Below are positions 26,938 to 40,200 of a DNA stretch of 64,000 nucleotides, one piece after another (position 1 is the first letter of the stretch; each line of letters opens with the position of its first letter). The stretch comes from Octopus sinensis (taxonomy: Eukaryota): NCBI RefSeq assembly GCF_006345805.1, contig NC_042997.1, positions 74,028,001-74,092,000 of the forward strand, in the 5' to 3' direction. The notes beneath the pieces are model-generated. The model saw nothing but the letters and a program-made list of their open reading frames with translations. It had not been told where the DNA came from and did not search any database. A program made the translations under genes and the position numbers.

Positions 26938-28667
26938 ATATTTCTTTATTTGGTACCACAACCACAACACAGAGGGGGACACTACAAGGACAGACACAGC
27001 ACCAAAATGAGGACAAAAAACATAAAACGAATGAGAACGAAATGTTATATGAAAATGAAGAAATGAAATGGCTGCATGGATCCCATTCCTATGCAGTAGC
27101 ATTTGAATGTTTATACACATTATTTACAATCATTCTATTTTTCTATTGTTTTTTCTTAATCATCTTTTTTTCTCATTTTTTACATGAAGCTTTTGCTATT
27201 TCCCTTTTTTTTCTTTCAACAAAATAATTTTACTTACTCTTTTTTTCCTTTTTAATACTTCATGTAAGGCTCCAAGACTACGAGTGGCAGTTCGTCGAAC
27301 TCCATCAACACTCCGGGCGGGTTAATCTTGTCTCCGCACATGTCTCTCAGTCTCTTGTATGTGTCTTTGTTGACCACAATGGTATTCACATTCTCTGAAT
27401 ACATTTCCGTGGGTAACCTCACTCTTTTGATATGCTTAAATTTTACAACTTTTCTTTCCGTCTCTTTGTTTTTTGCATGTTACGAAATTCCATTTATTTT
27501 TTCCTTTTCTTGGTCTTCTCTTTTCTACTTTCACTTCTGGTACCTTTTCCTTTTCCCTCTCCACTCTGAACAATTTCTCCATTTTACCCTCGTACAGTTG
27601 GACTCCTGAATCTTTCTCCTTCGCTGAAATAACCGGCGTCTTTAATACTGTTTCCTCCTTCTGTAACTCATTCTCGCACGCTTTTCCAATTACTTTTTCA
27701 CTTTCTTTCTCCACAACCCTTTTGTCTTCCTTCCTTCTGGTCGCAGCTTTCATTTCCACCTCTTCTTTCTTCTTTTTCTGGTCAGCTGGTGGCGGGCTCA
27801 CTCTTCCACTTCTTCTTTTCCTTTCCACCACCGCGAATCCCTCCTCCTGCTTCTCCGTCTGTTCTCTCTGTGGGCACCTCGCCTTCATGCGGCCTTTCTT
27901 TCCACATGCAAAACATACAGGCGGCCTGCCCTCCACCACCACTCTCAATCTCAAGTCGTCGGGTAGCACTATCATCTCAGCAATCCGATTAGTGAGCTCG
28001 ATCCCGTATCCCTAGTAGTTGATTCTATGCGTCCTTGTGGCCCTCAGTATCTAGGCCTCGTCTTTCATATTGAACATTATGGCTGTCATCAGCCATGTTT
28101 CATTTAGTTCTGGGGGTATTTTGCCTACTCGCACTCTGGCCACATGTTTGCCACATTACGAAGGTAAAAGCACCCATTCTTCCGATCTTAATTGCATCTT
28201 TCTCTGTCGCAAAGCGCAACTCCACGGTGGCGTATTTCCTTCCTCTTGTTATAAATGTCGTCAGTTTTTTTATGCCTTTCAAAAACTCTTCAATTTCCTC
28301 CACAGTCGCAATCTCTATCTTTCTCGTTGTTATTTTCATCGTTTTAAATATAACTGTTCCTTTTGTTACATTGCTTCTCAGTTCTGCAGGCGGCGTTAAC
28401 TTTAACGTATCTCCCTCTTCTCACGGTCCTTCATTTTCCTTGGTTCTACCTTAATTTCAATTATTTCCAACGTTTCCTCTTCTATTCCATTTCCAGTTGC
28501 GGCCGCATAACTGTGGCCGCTCGCCGGCGTTTTCTCCATTGTTCCCCCAATGGGGAAAAAACAAAACAATTTGCAATATCAGCAATTCGAACAGTAACAA
28601 ACGAACAAATATTTAACGCTACTTACGACAAAAACACTCCGTTATAAACAACTCAACTCAAAATCTT
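26938..28667 (-). mobile_element. ORF1/gag-only non-autonomous L1/Tx1-type element (HAL1-like) with 15-bp TSD
   Basis: Exact TSD GCTTAAACTGTACTC at 26923-26937 and 28668-28682. The broken ORF has an RRM-like ..YATVELRFAT.. segment and the zinc knuckle CFACGKKGRMKARC. The 3' end is AATAAAGAAAT; no APE or RT is present. Confidence 0.7.
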
Positions 28668-28805
28668 GCTTAAACTGTACTCTGAATGGAGATGTAGTCA
28701 AATCCTATTTTATGGACTCAACCATGTTCTAAAATAAGTCGAAACGTAAGCTACTATAAATCGGCTCGAACTTTCTGGACAACCCAATATATGTGCGTAT
28801 ATATG

Positions 28806-28929
<124 letters not shown>

Positions 28930-29007
28930 ATTATGAGTGTCTATGCACACATTTTTATATTTTTTATTTTTATATTATATGTAAATTCTTTTCATACTTA
29001 CATTAAA

Positions 29008-29120
29008 TTCTCTGAAGAGGCCGTGAGACAATCTTGTTAATGTCTCATTTATACCTGCTTTATATGGCTAATAGGTTAAATGGGACATACCTGTCTTCAC
29101 GGCCGAAACTGCTGTCAGCT
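29008..29120 (+). ncRNA. Minimal hammerhead ribozyme motif
   Basis: CT-CTGAAGA-GGCCGTGAGACA...TGTCTTCACGGCC-GAAAC-TGCT-GTC|AG. Stem II has 8+4 bp; stem I is only 2 bp here. Confidence 0.7.
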
Positions 29121-29279
29121 ACGATGTAATTGTATTTTCTATTTTATTTCTATGTCTAGTATATTTGTAATATATTATGTATAATGTCATTGCTGTTGTG
29201 TAAGGTTTAATAAAGTATTGATTGGGTATTATCTGATGGTTGATGATTGATTTAGGTATGTTTCTCCATTTTCTCATTT

Positions 29280-29344
<65 letters not shown>

Positions 29345-29452
29345 ATATCATATCATTTCATATCATTAGTAGAAATACATAAATCCGGAGGAGAAGCACA
29401 CTCTAAGATGTAGAGAACTTAATATTATAGTGTAGTAAGCCGGTTTATAGGG

Positions 29453-29548
29453 TTACTCTGGGTTTCTCGCTCATAAAGGGTTTAGCCTTAGGGCGTGTCT
29501 TCAGGTACGCCAAGGTTAAACCACTTATGAGCGAGAAATCCAGGGTAA
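29453..29548 (+). repeat. ~40-bp imperfect hairpin
   Basis: TTACTCTGGGTTTCTCGCTCATAAAGGGTTTAGCCTT pairs with AAGGTTAAACCACTTATGAGCGAGAAATCCAGGGTAA. Confidence 0.85.
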
Positions 29549-29575
29549 GGCCATACACTGGCCAATCCCACTATA

Positions 29576-29625
<50 letters not shown>

Positions 29626-29785
29626 ATATAATGTATGTATGTATGTATGTTGTATGTAGTGTGTATGTATGTATGTATGTATGTATTTATATTTATAAGC
29701 AACCACATATACTTAACGTACAATGTGCATTTGTTTGTAGAATTCAATTTGGCGTGGTGGAGAATATATGTATGTATACACACAC

Positions 29786-29902
<117 letters not shown>

Positions 29903-30714
29903 CATTGCCTAGGGGCTCAATTCTGGCAAATGTACATATGCCAGAATTGAGCTTCTAGGCCCGAGGGGCCTCTGTGCAACTGCCCTGTGTGCCCGTACCT
30001 CAAGACGGCTCTGAGTCACTGAGTATTTCGTAGATATTGTTTTAACATTATCCTAAATTAGAATCAGTGCGTCACTGTGCATGATTATGTCGACAGAATT
30101 ACGGATCAAAAGGCTTTCCTTGTTTTCATTCTACCCAATTCAATTCACAACATAAGGAACTATTCGAGGCTATAGAAACAGAAATTACCCACATGCCATA
30201 CAGTAGGATTGAACTGGGTACCTCATGACTGCAAAATTACCTTCCTAGCCACATAATGATAACTGTGCCCAAATGTAGCGGGTGGGAGTGTAAAATATCA
30301 AGATAGAAGGACTAAATGCTATCACAGTGTAATGAACGAGACAAGATACACTAACACCTGCAGGCAACTATTTTCTGAGTGTGCATGTGACTATCAGAAT
30401 TAAATCAAGTCATCTGAATAGAAAAATCGTTGGTATCTCATAAATATAAATAACGGATTAAAATTTCAGCATATAACCAGGTCAAAATTAGATATTTAAC
30501 AATGATGTATGTATGTATAAACACATACATACATACATACATACATACATACATACATACATACATACATACATACATACATACATACATACATGCATAC
30601 ATACATACATACATACATATATACATATATACATATATATATATATTTCAACAATTGAGGGTAAAATTAATTAATTAATCAATTTCACCAAGTATATATA
30701 TATATATATACATT

Positions 30715-31032
<318 letters not shown>

Positions 31033-31152
31033 ATTTTGATTGCCTCGATAACTGAACTCGGTACCATGTGGTAAGCAAGCAACTTACAGCACAGCCATTC
31101 CTGCGCCTATATATATTATATTATATTATATTATATTATATTATATTATATT

Positions 31153-31520
31153 TATAGGCGCAGGAGTGGCTGTGCTGTAAGTTGCTTGCTTACTGCATGA
31201 TACCGAGTTCAGTCCCACTGTGTGACACCTTGCGAAAGTGTCTTCTAATATAGCCTCGGCCGACCAAAGCCTTGTGAATGGATTTGGTAGAAGGAAACTG
31301 ATAGAAACCCGTCGTGTGTGTGTGTGCGTGTGTGTGTCCCAACATCGCTTGACAACCGATGCTGGTGTGTCTACGTCCTCGTTAACTAGCGGTTCGGCAA
31401 AAGAGAACGATAGAATAAGTACTAGGCTTACAAAGAATAAGTCCTGGGGTCGATTTGCTCGACTAAAGGCGGTGCCCAAGCATAGCCGCAATCAAACGAA
31501 TGGAAGAAGTAAAAGAGTAT
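31153..31520 (+). mobile_element. tRNA-derived SINE, major family, preceded by an inverted 5' fragment (~31040-31110)
   Basis: TAGGCGCAGGAGTGGCTGTG head and family tail; reverse-complement head CACAGCCATTCCTGCGCCTA just upstream. Confidence 0.85.
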
Positions 31521-31982
31521 ATATGCATGTAAATATATGCTCTTATAGATAAATATATATATATATTTATAGGTATTTTATACACACGCATACTCACACG
31601 CCACGTGAATATGTATGTATGTATGAATTTCGGATCATTCCTTACTCGATCTTGATTTTATAACTACCAGTTCCTTGTAATTCTAGCACGCCACCTTTTT
31701 TCAGATTTCTACCCTTTCGCATGCCTATGTCTTCAAAAATATGGTTTTAAAATATGCATTTTTCAGAAAATCATGGGAAAACAACGACAGAGATGGGGGC
31801 ACTAAGCTGTACTTATGCTAAAGAACATAAAAACGGTAACGTTGATTTGAAGAAACACTTCCGACGAAATTACGGTTTTTGGCGCGCACGGTTATTTCTA
31901 AGACAATTTCTTGTTCACACACACACACATGCAGACACACAAAACACATAAACATACAAAACACATAAACATACAGATTCAC

Positions 31983-32017
<35 letters not shown>

Positions 32018-33022
32018 CAAACACACACAAACACACACACACACACGTCTGTCTGCGTGTGTATGCGTAACGTGGCGTTTGAGGGGAAGTGAATACAAAT
32101 TGTGATAGTAGCCCAGATTAGTAAATAAATAAAATATACATATTAAATAATAGAAACTAAGTATTGAATATTAAACAAACTTACTGTCTGAGAGAGTATC
32201 TTGTTCTTTTAGGGCGAGGAGATTCTGAACTCATCTCTGTTTCTTCTTTGTTTTACGAAAAATAGATACACACAAAGCGATTAGTGTTTATTTATGGACA
32301 ATGATGACAATTGTTATTGTTGTTGACACACTACGCAATGTTGCTGGTGGTAGTTTTTAATGAATGTTAGTTTAGAAAAACTAATATGTTTTCGTTTTCT
32401 AAGTTGAAAGACTTCGCTTTCCTCTCTTAGAAACTGAGAGCGTTCAGTTCACGCAGAAGTTTAGTTGAAAATGATAAGTAAAAGGAACTGAAGAGGAGTG
32501 GGGGTAACAGCAGCTGCTACACATGCAAAGGCGGTAATTCATCCAGTTCAGTTGACTGTATACACAGCTTTTTCTTTCTATGTCTACCTCGTTTTCTAAC
32601 TATTCCCTTATATAAATTTTGTTTCTTATTTCATGCCATTCTTTTAATATCTTTTCATTGTTGTCTGGCAAGTGTCATAGTTGTTTGGCAAGTAAGATCG
32701 TGAACAAAAATTGAAACAATAACGAAAACCGCGTAAACTATTAAAAAAAAACACAAACTGTTAGATTCAGTTTTATTCATAGAACATGAAGCGCGAAAAA
32801 GTTTCTTTGCCTTTCTACAACCATGGCCGTTACGCCTGATGGATTTTGTCAGTTAGCGAGTCACAAAAGTACGATGGAAATTTTTGAAAATTTATTTTCT
32901 TTATTCTTTTATTTTATCTTACTTGTTTCAGTCATTAGACTGCAGCCATGCTGGGGCACCGCCAAGAAGAATCTTAATCGAACGAATGACCTCAGTACTA
33001 TTATTTTAAAGCCTGGTACATA

Positions 33023-33209
33023 CATAGGCGCAGGAGTGGCTGTGGTAAGTAGCTTGCTTACCAACCACATGGTTCCGGGTTCAGTCCCACTGCGTAGCAT
33101 CTTGGGCAAGTGTCTTCTGCTATAGCCTCGGGCCGACCAACACCTTGTGAGTGGATTTGGTAGACGGAAACTGAAAGAAGCCTGTGGTATATATGTATAT
33201 ATATATATA
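33023..33209 (+). mobile_element. 5' half of a major-family SINE, interrupted in its (TA)n spacer
   Basis: Head through GGAAACTGAAAGAAGCC; a matching 3' half resumes after 35518 and ends at ~36050. Confidence 0.8.
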
Positions 33210-33715
33210 CTAGCAATATCGCCCGGCGTTGCTCGGGTTTGTAAGGGAAATAACTATATAAGCATTTTTAGAGAGTTACTTCCCTTATAAATTCGGGCTT
33301 TCTTAGCCATTTTTGTTTTGGTGTCTTCAAGCCATGAAGTCGTTATTCTAAAAGAACGCTGGTTTCCTTCACAACGCATTACGACGTTGATTTCTTTACA
33401 CTCCCTTCCCCACAGCTTCACGAGGGAGGGAAGGGGGAGAAGCAAACAGGTGCAGCTGTGAGCGTGGACGCCAACTCCGCCGCCATCGACACACGATGCA
33501 TTTTATGCATTAAAATGGAATAAAAAATTATGTTAAATTATTTTTAAAATCGTAGACTCATCGTAGACGCGCGCTAATAGTCAGACGGGCTCGATATGAA
33601 TCACGACTATAAGATACCCGAATTTGGTTAAACTGCACCGCAAAATGTGGGAGGAGTTAGGAATCTAAATCGAAGGGGACAGACACTCACACAACTAGAG
33701 TTTTATATATATATA
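33210..33715 (-). mobile_element. Non-autonomous Helitron
   Basis: Reverse complement of 34880-35517; minus-strand 3' hairpin CCCGAGCAACGCCGGG followed by CTAG|T. Confidence 0.8.
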
Positions 33716-34494
33716 TATATATATCTCTTATTATAAAAGGCAGATTTTATCTGCCTCCCTTTGGGAGTTATACAAATCTACAATATAGGATTTCTTCAAT
33801 TACAATTTACCTGGCATTTTTAAGAGTACAATGCATCGCGTCATGCCAGGTCTAGTTTTAAAAATTTAAACTCCAATTAAGCAAAATTTACAGAAAACTC
33901 ACATTCTGGTGTGTGTGTCAAATGCTTTTCTTAGTCTGGTTTACACCACACGCAAACGCACACACACAGTGGGCAACGAATAAAATGAAAGTAAATAGCG
34001 ACAGAGTGATTTGAGGAAGACTAAAGTGAAAGTATTCTGTCTATGATGCTGATAGATACATGAGTAAAATGTATGGGAAGCTAAGAGCTAAGAGTGAGTG
34101 AAAATGTTCTTGGAAGAGAGTAATTAGTAATAAAGTAAACATACACTCATACATACATACATACATACATACATACATACATACATACATACACACACAT
34201 ACACACACACATACATACACACACACATACATACATACACACATACATACATACATACACATACATACATACATACATAGACATACATACATACACACAC
34301 ACACATACACACACACACAGTATTGAAGCTTGAGAACAATCAGATACATTTGCAACACATCTGTTGAAAATATTATTGTTCACACACATACATATACATA
34401 TATACATACAGACAGACAGACAGATAGACACACACACACACATGATCCAGCATGGCCACAACCTCAAGGCTGAAACATATAAAAGAATAACAGA

Positions 34495-34860
34495 ATATAA
34501 ATGTGTGCAAAGTACAAGAAATATTAATGCAGTATATGGGGATTGGACAATAAGCGTAAGGCAGTGTCAATGGTGGTTCCAGAAATCCCGAGCCATAAAC
34601 TACAGCCTAGAAGACGAGCCTCATCCTGAAAGATCTGTAGAACTCGACAAGGACATCCTGAAAACCCTGGTGGAACAAAATATCATCGTAACTGTTGAGG
34701 AACTAGCAGAGAAGCTTGGATTTGGTCATTCAACCATTCATTGACACCTGTGTGCTATCGGAAAAGTCAGCAAATTGGGTCAATGGGTTCCTCACGAACT
34801 TTCCGAGTCTAATTGCATGCAGAGAGTGAATGTATGCTTTTCTTTGCTGTCATATCTCAC
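34495..34860 (+). pseudogene. Mariner transposase N-terminal fragment
   Basis: STRNINAVYGDWTISVRQCQWWFQK...LEDEPHPER...TVEELAEKLG...KVSKLGQWVPHELS contains the mariner WVPHEL motif. Confidence 0.85.
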
Positions 34861-34879
34861 CACTACTGCGCTATGTATA

Positions 34880-35516
34880 TCTATATATATAAAACTGTAG
34901 TTGTGTGAGTGTCTGTCCCCTTCGATTTAGATTCCTAACTACTCCCACATTTTGCGGTACAGTTTAACCAAATTCGGGTAGCTTATAGTCGTGATTCATA
35001 TCGAGCCCGTCTGAATATTAGCGCGCGTCTACGATGAGTCTACGATTTTAAAAATAATTTAACATCATTTTTTATTCCATTTTTAATGCATAATTTTTCG
35101 TGTGTCGATGGCGGCGGAGTTGGCGTCCACGCTCACACCTGCACCTGTGGGGAAGGGAGTGTAAGGAAATCAACGTCGTAATGCGTTGTCAAGGACACCA
35201 GTGTTCTTTTAGAACAACGACTTCATGGCTTGAAGACACCAAAACAGAAATGGCTAAGAAAGCGTCTACATGAGTCTACGATTTAAAAAAAAATTTACCA
35301 TCGTTTTTTTTCCATTTTTAATGCATTTTTTCGCTATTATATAAGGGAAGTAACTCTCTAAAAATGTCTACGATGAGTCAACGATTTAAAAAAAAATTTA
35401 CCATCATATTTTTTCCATTTTTAATGCATTTTTTGCTATTTTTGGCTATAACTCTCTAAAAATGCTTATATAGTTATTTCCCTTACAAACCCGAGCAACG
35501 CCGGGCGATACTGCTA

Positions 35517-35517
<1 letters not shown>
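34880..35517 (+). mobile_element. Non-autonomous Helitron, complete
   Basis: A|TCTATATATATAAAA 5' end; 3' hairpin CCCGAGCAACGCCGGG followed by CTAG|T; no TSD. Confidence 0.85.
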
Positions 35518-35567
<50 letters not shown>

Positions 35568-35775
35568 GTGTGGTGTGTGTGTGTGTGTGTGTATGTTTGT
35601 GTGTCTGTGTCCCCCACCATCGCTTGACAACCGATGCTGGTGTGTTTACGTCCCCCGTCACTTAGCGTTTCGGCAAAAAGAGACCGATAGAATAAGTACT
35701 GGGCTTACAACTCTCTAAAAATGCTTATATAGTTATTTCCCTTACAAACCCGAGCAACGCCGGGCGATACTGCTA

Positions 35776-35843
<68 letters not shown>

Positions 35844-35956
35844 TTGTGTGTCTGTGTCCCCCACCATCGCTTGACAACCGATGCTGGTGTGTTTACGTCC
35901 CCCGTCACTTAGCGTTTCGGCAAAAAGAGACCGATAGAATAAGTACTGGGCTTACA
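35450..35956 (+). repeat. Direct tandem duplication (~260 bp) of the Helitron 3' end plus flanking SINE sequence
   Basis: 35450-35710 and 35709-35956 are identical apart from microsatellite lengths. Confidence 0.9.
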
Positions 35957-37237
35957 AAGAATAAGTCCCGGGGTCGATTTGCTCGACTAAAGGTGGTGCT
36001 CCAGCATGGCCACAGTCAAATGACTGAAACAAGTAAAAGAGTAAAAAGAGAGAGAGAGAGAGTATTCAATCAAAATCCTTTTGTCGAACCGCTTAGTTAC
36101 AGGGGCATCAACACATCAACATTGGTTGTCAAGTGGTGTGGAGAGGGTCTAGGACAGACACAAAGACATACAAACATACATACATACATACATACATACA
36201 TACATACATACATACATACGTACGTAGATACATACATACATACATACATACATACATACATACATACATACATACATACATACATACATACATAGTCATT
36301 TATATGTATATCAAATAACCTACAGAATAAATTCTTGATTTTAAATTATTTCTGCCTCTTGAGGAAGTGTCATAATTACTAAATAGCGATTAAGATCAGC
36401 TCCACTTGAGAAAAGGAGATAATCTCAGGAATCGAAAATTTCTCAGAACTTGGTAAGGTATCAACGACTAGTTTAACGTCTGGAAAGAGGACTGTCATTG
36501 GACTTGGGTTGTTGACTCAATAGCCGTCAACACGACAGTTCTTCAACTTTATTTCCAATAACCAAAGGACTTACACTCATGCAAAAAAGAACAGAAAACA
36601 TTTTTGGCCAAGGTAATTTGTTTAATTTGAACAAAATTGAGCTGCGAAAAATAACTCAAATGTATTTGAATAACATAACTGGCTAAAAATTAATTCTATC
36701 GACTCGTAGGCGAGTTTCTCTATCACTGATAAATTATCTTATTCTATTTGTTTTAAAGAAAACGGCGACCAGTAATGCTTGAGCTCAAATTTAAAGTCAA
36801 TAACAGCTTGCATAACACCGCCAAGACTCTCACCTGCAAAGCCAAGTAGTCCCGAGACAAGCAAGAAAAAGATCTCTGGTTTTATAATAAAGCGTGTGTT
36901 ATTTCGAAATTTTCTTCTCCCAGGAAGATGTCAAAACAAACACTAGGCTTTCCTGCTACATAATATTGGATGGCAGTTGGCTCTATTGAGTACATCCGTT
37001 CTTTGACAAGGTTCGTTTTTCATCTTTCAAGGTTTCAAGCAAGTTTGGTAGAGTTACTGGTTTAGTCGCCGACGGCTCTATCATGCAACAGGTTGTGTTG
37101 GATTACATGTTACCAGTAACACTAAGAGTAACATGCCATACCTACCTACCTACCCACCCACCTGCCCACCTGCCTGCCTACATACCTACCTACCTACCTA
37201 CATACATACATACATACATACATACTACATACATACA

Positions 37238-37271
<34 letters not shown>

Positions 37272-40200
37272 GTGATGTCGATTAAGTGACATCCTATAAT
37301 TTAATAAGCATGAGATAAAGAAGAGTCACCATGTTGTACGTAATGACAAGAAAATAAGAATTTGCGAGACGTTTGTAATAAGTCATAACATATTTATTAC
37401 TGGAGGGAATGCTTTAACATATAAGGTTAATTGAAGGGAACTTGTAACATCACATGAACATATTCTTTTGCAAGCACATGTCTCCAAGCAAATGAGGCGA
37501 ACATACGCGTGTGTATGCGAGTGGACCGAAGAATCAACAGGCAATGAATGGCGCGAATTTAGAAATGTGTTCCATTATATAAGGGATGAACCGGAAGTCC
37601 CTGGCTTCCACGTCAACTGGAAGCTTCTAGAATGTTCGAGAACGTTCTAGACGGTCGAGGGAGATTACTCTCGTTAGATCCCCTTTTCGTTTTGCTTTCC
37701 AGCCTGACCGCCATCCTCAGACGATAAGCAAAATCATTGTAGTGATCCAGGACAGATACGAAGCAAAACGAAGTAGCAGAAATATGTGCTTGCAAAGCAA
37801 GTAGTATAATAGGAAAATATCAATACATGTATCATGAGAGATACTGAATATAAGTGCAGTAAACCTTTAACTACTCAGCTATGCACATCAAACTAAATGC
37901 AAAACATGGCAAAATGAAAATACAATGTGTAACATCCATGGGAAAATGTTTGTGAATAAACGTTCTTTTGTAAAAGAAATAGCAAACAGTTTGTTTTGTA
38001 ACACAAAGTTAAATATAAATGGTTCTGGATAATTTTTGTGGCATATATACTGTTCTGCCACTTCTTGTGATATAAGGTTTAGAGCTATGTTGTGTTTGCG
38101 GTGCATGTGGTGGTGTTGGTGTAGGAGTGAATGTACGTGGTATGTCAGGTTCTGGAATGAGATTTTCTGAGAAAGCTTTTTTTATCCTGTCAATGGATAT
38201 TATTTCTTTTTGACCAATAATATCGACTATGAAATTTTTTGGTGAGTGCGACAGTACACGATAAGGTTCAGAATAAGATGATGTAAGAGATGTCTGATGG
38301 GACAGCAGAAGAAATGGATTGATCCCGTGGAGACATTGGAGGAAGATTGGAGAAGTAAGAACGATGCCTGTTGACGTATGAGGAGGTATCAGAATCTGGT
38401 GAATCAACTGGTATGAACATTTGACCGGGAAGCATCAAGGTGGTGCCGTAAAGAAGTTAGACTGAGGAGAAGCCTAAATCTGTCTTAACAGCGGAACGGC
38501 AACCAAGGAGGACAATTGGTAGGAATTCGGTCCAGCGTTGAGGATTAGGAGTAGCGCATAGTGCAACTTTTAACTGCCTGTGGAATCGTTCTATCATTCC
38601 ATTGGAAGCTGGGTGATAACTTGTATGAATTCGATGAGCACCCAAGTGTCGTGATATTTCACGGAATAAAGAAGCTTCGAACTGGCGTCCCCTATCAGTG
38701 GTTATTTTAGATGGGACACCAAAGTGCGCCACCCAATTGGAAATGAACGTTTGGCCGACGGATTCGGCTGTGATGTCAATCAGAGGTATGGCTTCAGACC
38801 ATCAAAAGAAACGATCAATGCAAGTCAAGATGTACGTGAAACCGCGACTAACGGGCCAGGGTCCAATAATGTCGATGTGGACATGACGGAAACGAGCGTC
38901 CGGTGGGCTGAATTTTCCAAGAGGAGCACGAACATGTCGATGGACCTTGGTGAGTTGACACTGCAAACAAGAACGTGTCGAACTGGTGATTATACGGCGC
39001 ATGTTAGGCCAGAAGAAACGGGCAGTAATGAGCTTTACTGTGGCGGCCATGGCGGGATGCGACAAGGAATGAAGAGCATCGAAAACAGTAAGCTGATGAC
39101 GATGTGGAACAAGCGGTCTAGGTGAGCCAGTAGAGATGTCACAAAGGATCCGTCCTTCAGCAGACGAAATGGAGTAAGTATTCAAATCTTCAACAGGAAT
39201 ATTAGTTGGAAGAAGTGTCCAAAGAGTCCAGAGGAGGTTAGTCTGTGGCGATAGCAACCAAATCGATGTGTGCTGGAGACTAAAGTGAACACACAGGAAG
39301 TCTGGATAATACATCAGCAGGTATGTTTGCAGATCCGGATATATGACGAATGTCGCTGGTATATTACGAGATGAAATCCAAGTGTCAGTATGTCCTTGGC
39401 GAGTATTTATCAGACTTGGATTGAAGAGCGAATGTAAGAGGTTTATGATCTGAGAATTCCGTGAACTCTCGACCTTCTAGGAGATGGCGAAAGTGTCTCA
39501 CAGCAAGATAAACTGCTAAGAGCTCTCCGTTAAAAGTACTGTAACGCTGTTCTGCTAGCTTGAATTGACATGAGATAAAAACAAGTGGTTGATTTTTCTG
39601 ATTGATGATGTGTTCTAGGACGGTGTCCACAGTAATCGTGGACGCGTCGACGGTTAGGAATAGTTTCAAGTTTGCAGTAGGATGAACGAGAAAGGAAACT
39701 TTAGCTAATTCAGACTTTACGGAGTCGAAAGCTTGCAAGGCTTCAACCGAAAGGAAAATAGATGCGTCTTTCTTCTTTGTAGATTTCAAAAGATGTGTCA
39801 GGGGAAACAACAACGCAGTTCGGGATGAAAGTTCTGTAAAAATGTATTTACGTACTCGTCTCAATGAAGTAGGGGGGGGGGTTACGATTTTCTGAATAGC
39901 ATCCACTTTAGATGGGAGGGGTTGACTTCCCTCTGTGTCTATAAGATGTCTAAGGATTTCCAATGAAGTTGTACCGAATACACATTTAGCTGGATTGATC
40001 TTTACATGATACGCTCGCAAACGTTTAAACAACTGAGATAGATGTTGATGATGTTGTTCAACCGTGTCGCTGGCTACTAGGAGGTTATCTGCATAAGCAA
40101 AAACAAAATTCAATCCGCGTACGACTGCGTCAATGAAATGCTGGAATGTACTAGCAACATTTCTCAGACCAAAAGGCATAGATAGGAATTCGAATGAACC

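Noticed and set aside
36340-37100. Coding-looking stretch on the minus strand (..SGLLGFAGESLGGVMQAV..)
   Set aside because: Interrupted by stops, and I could not recognise any family motif.
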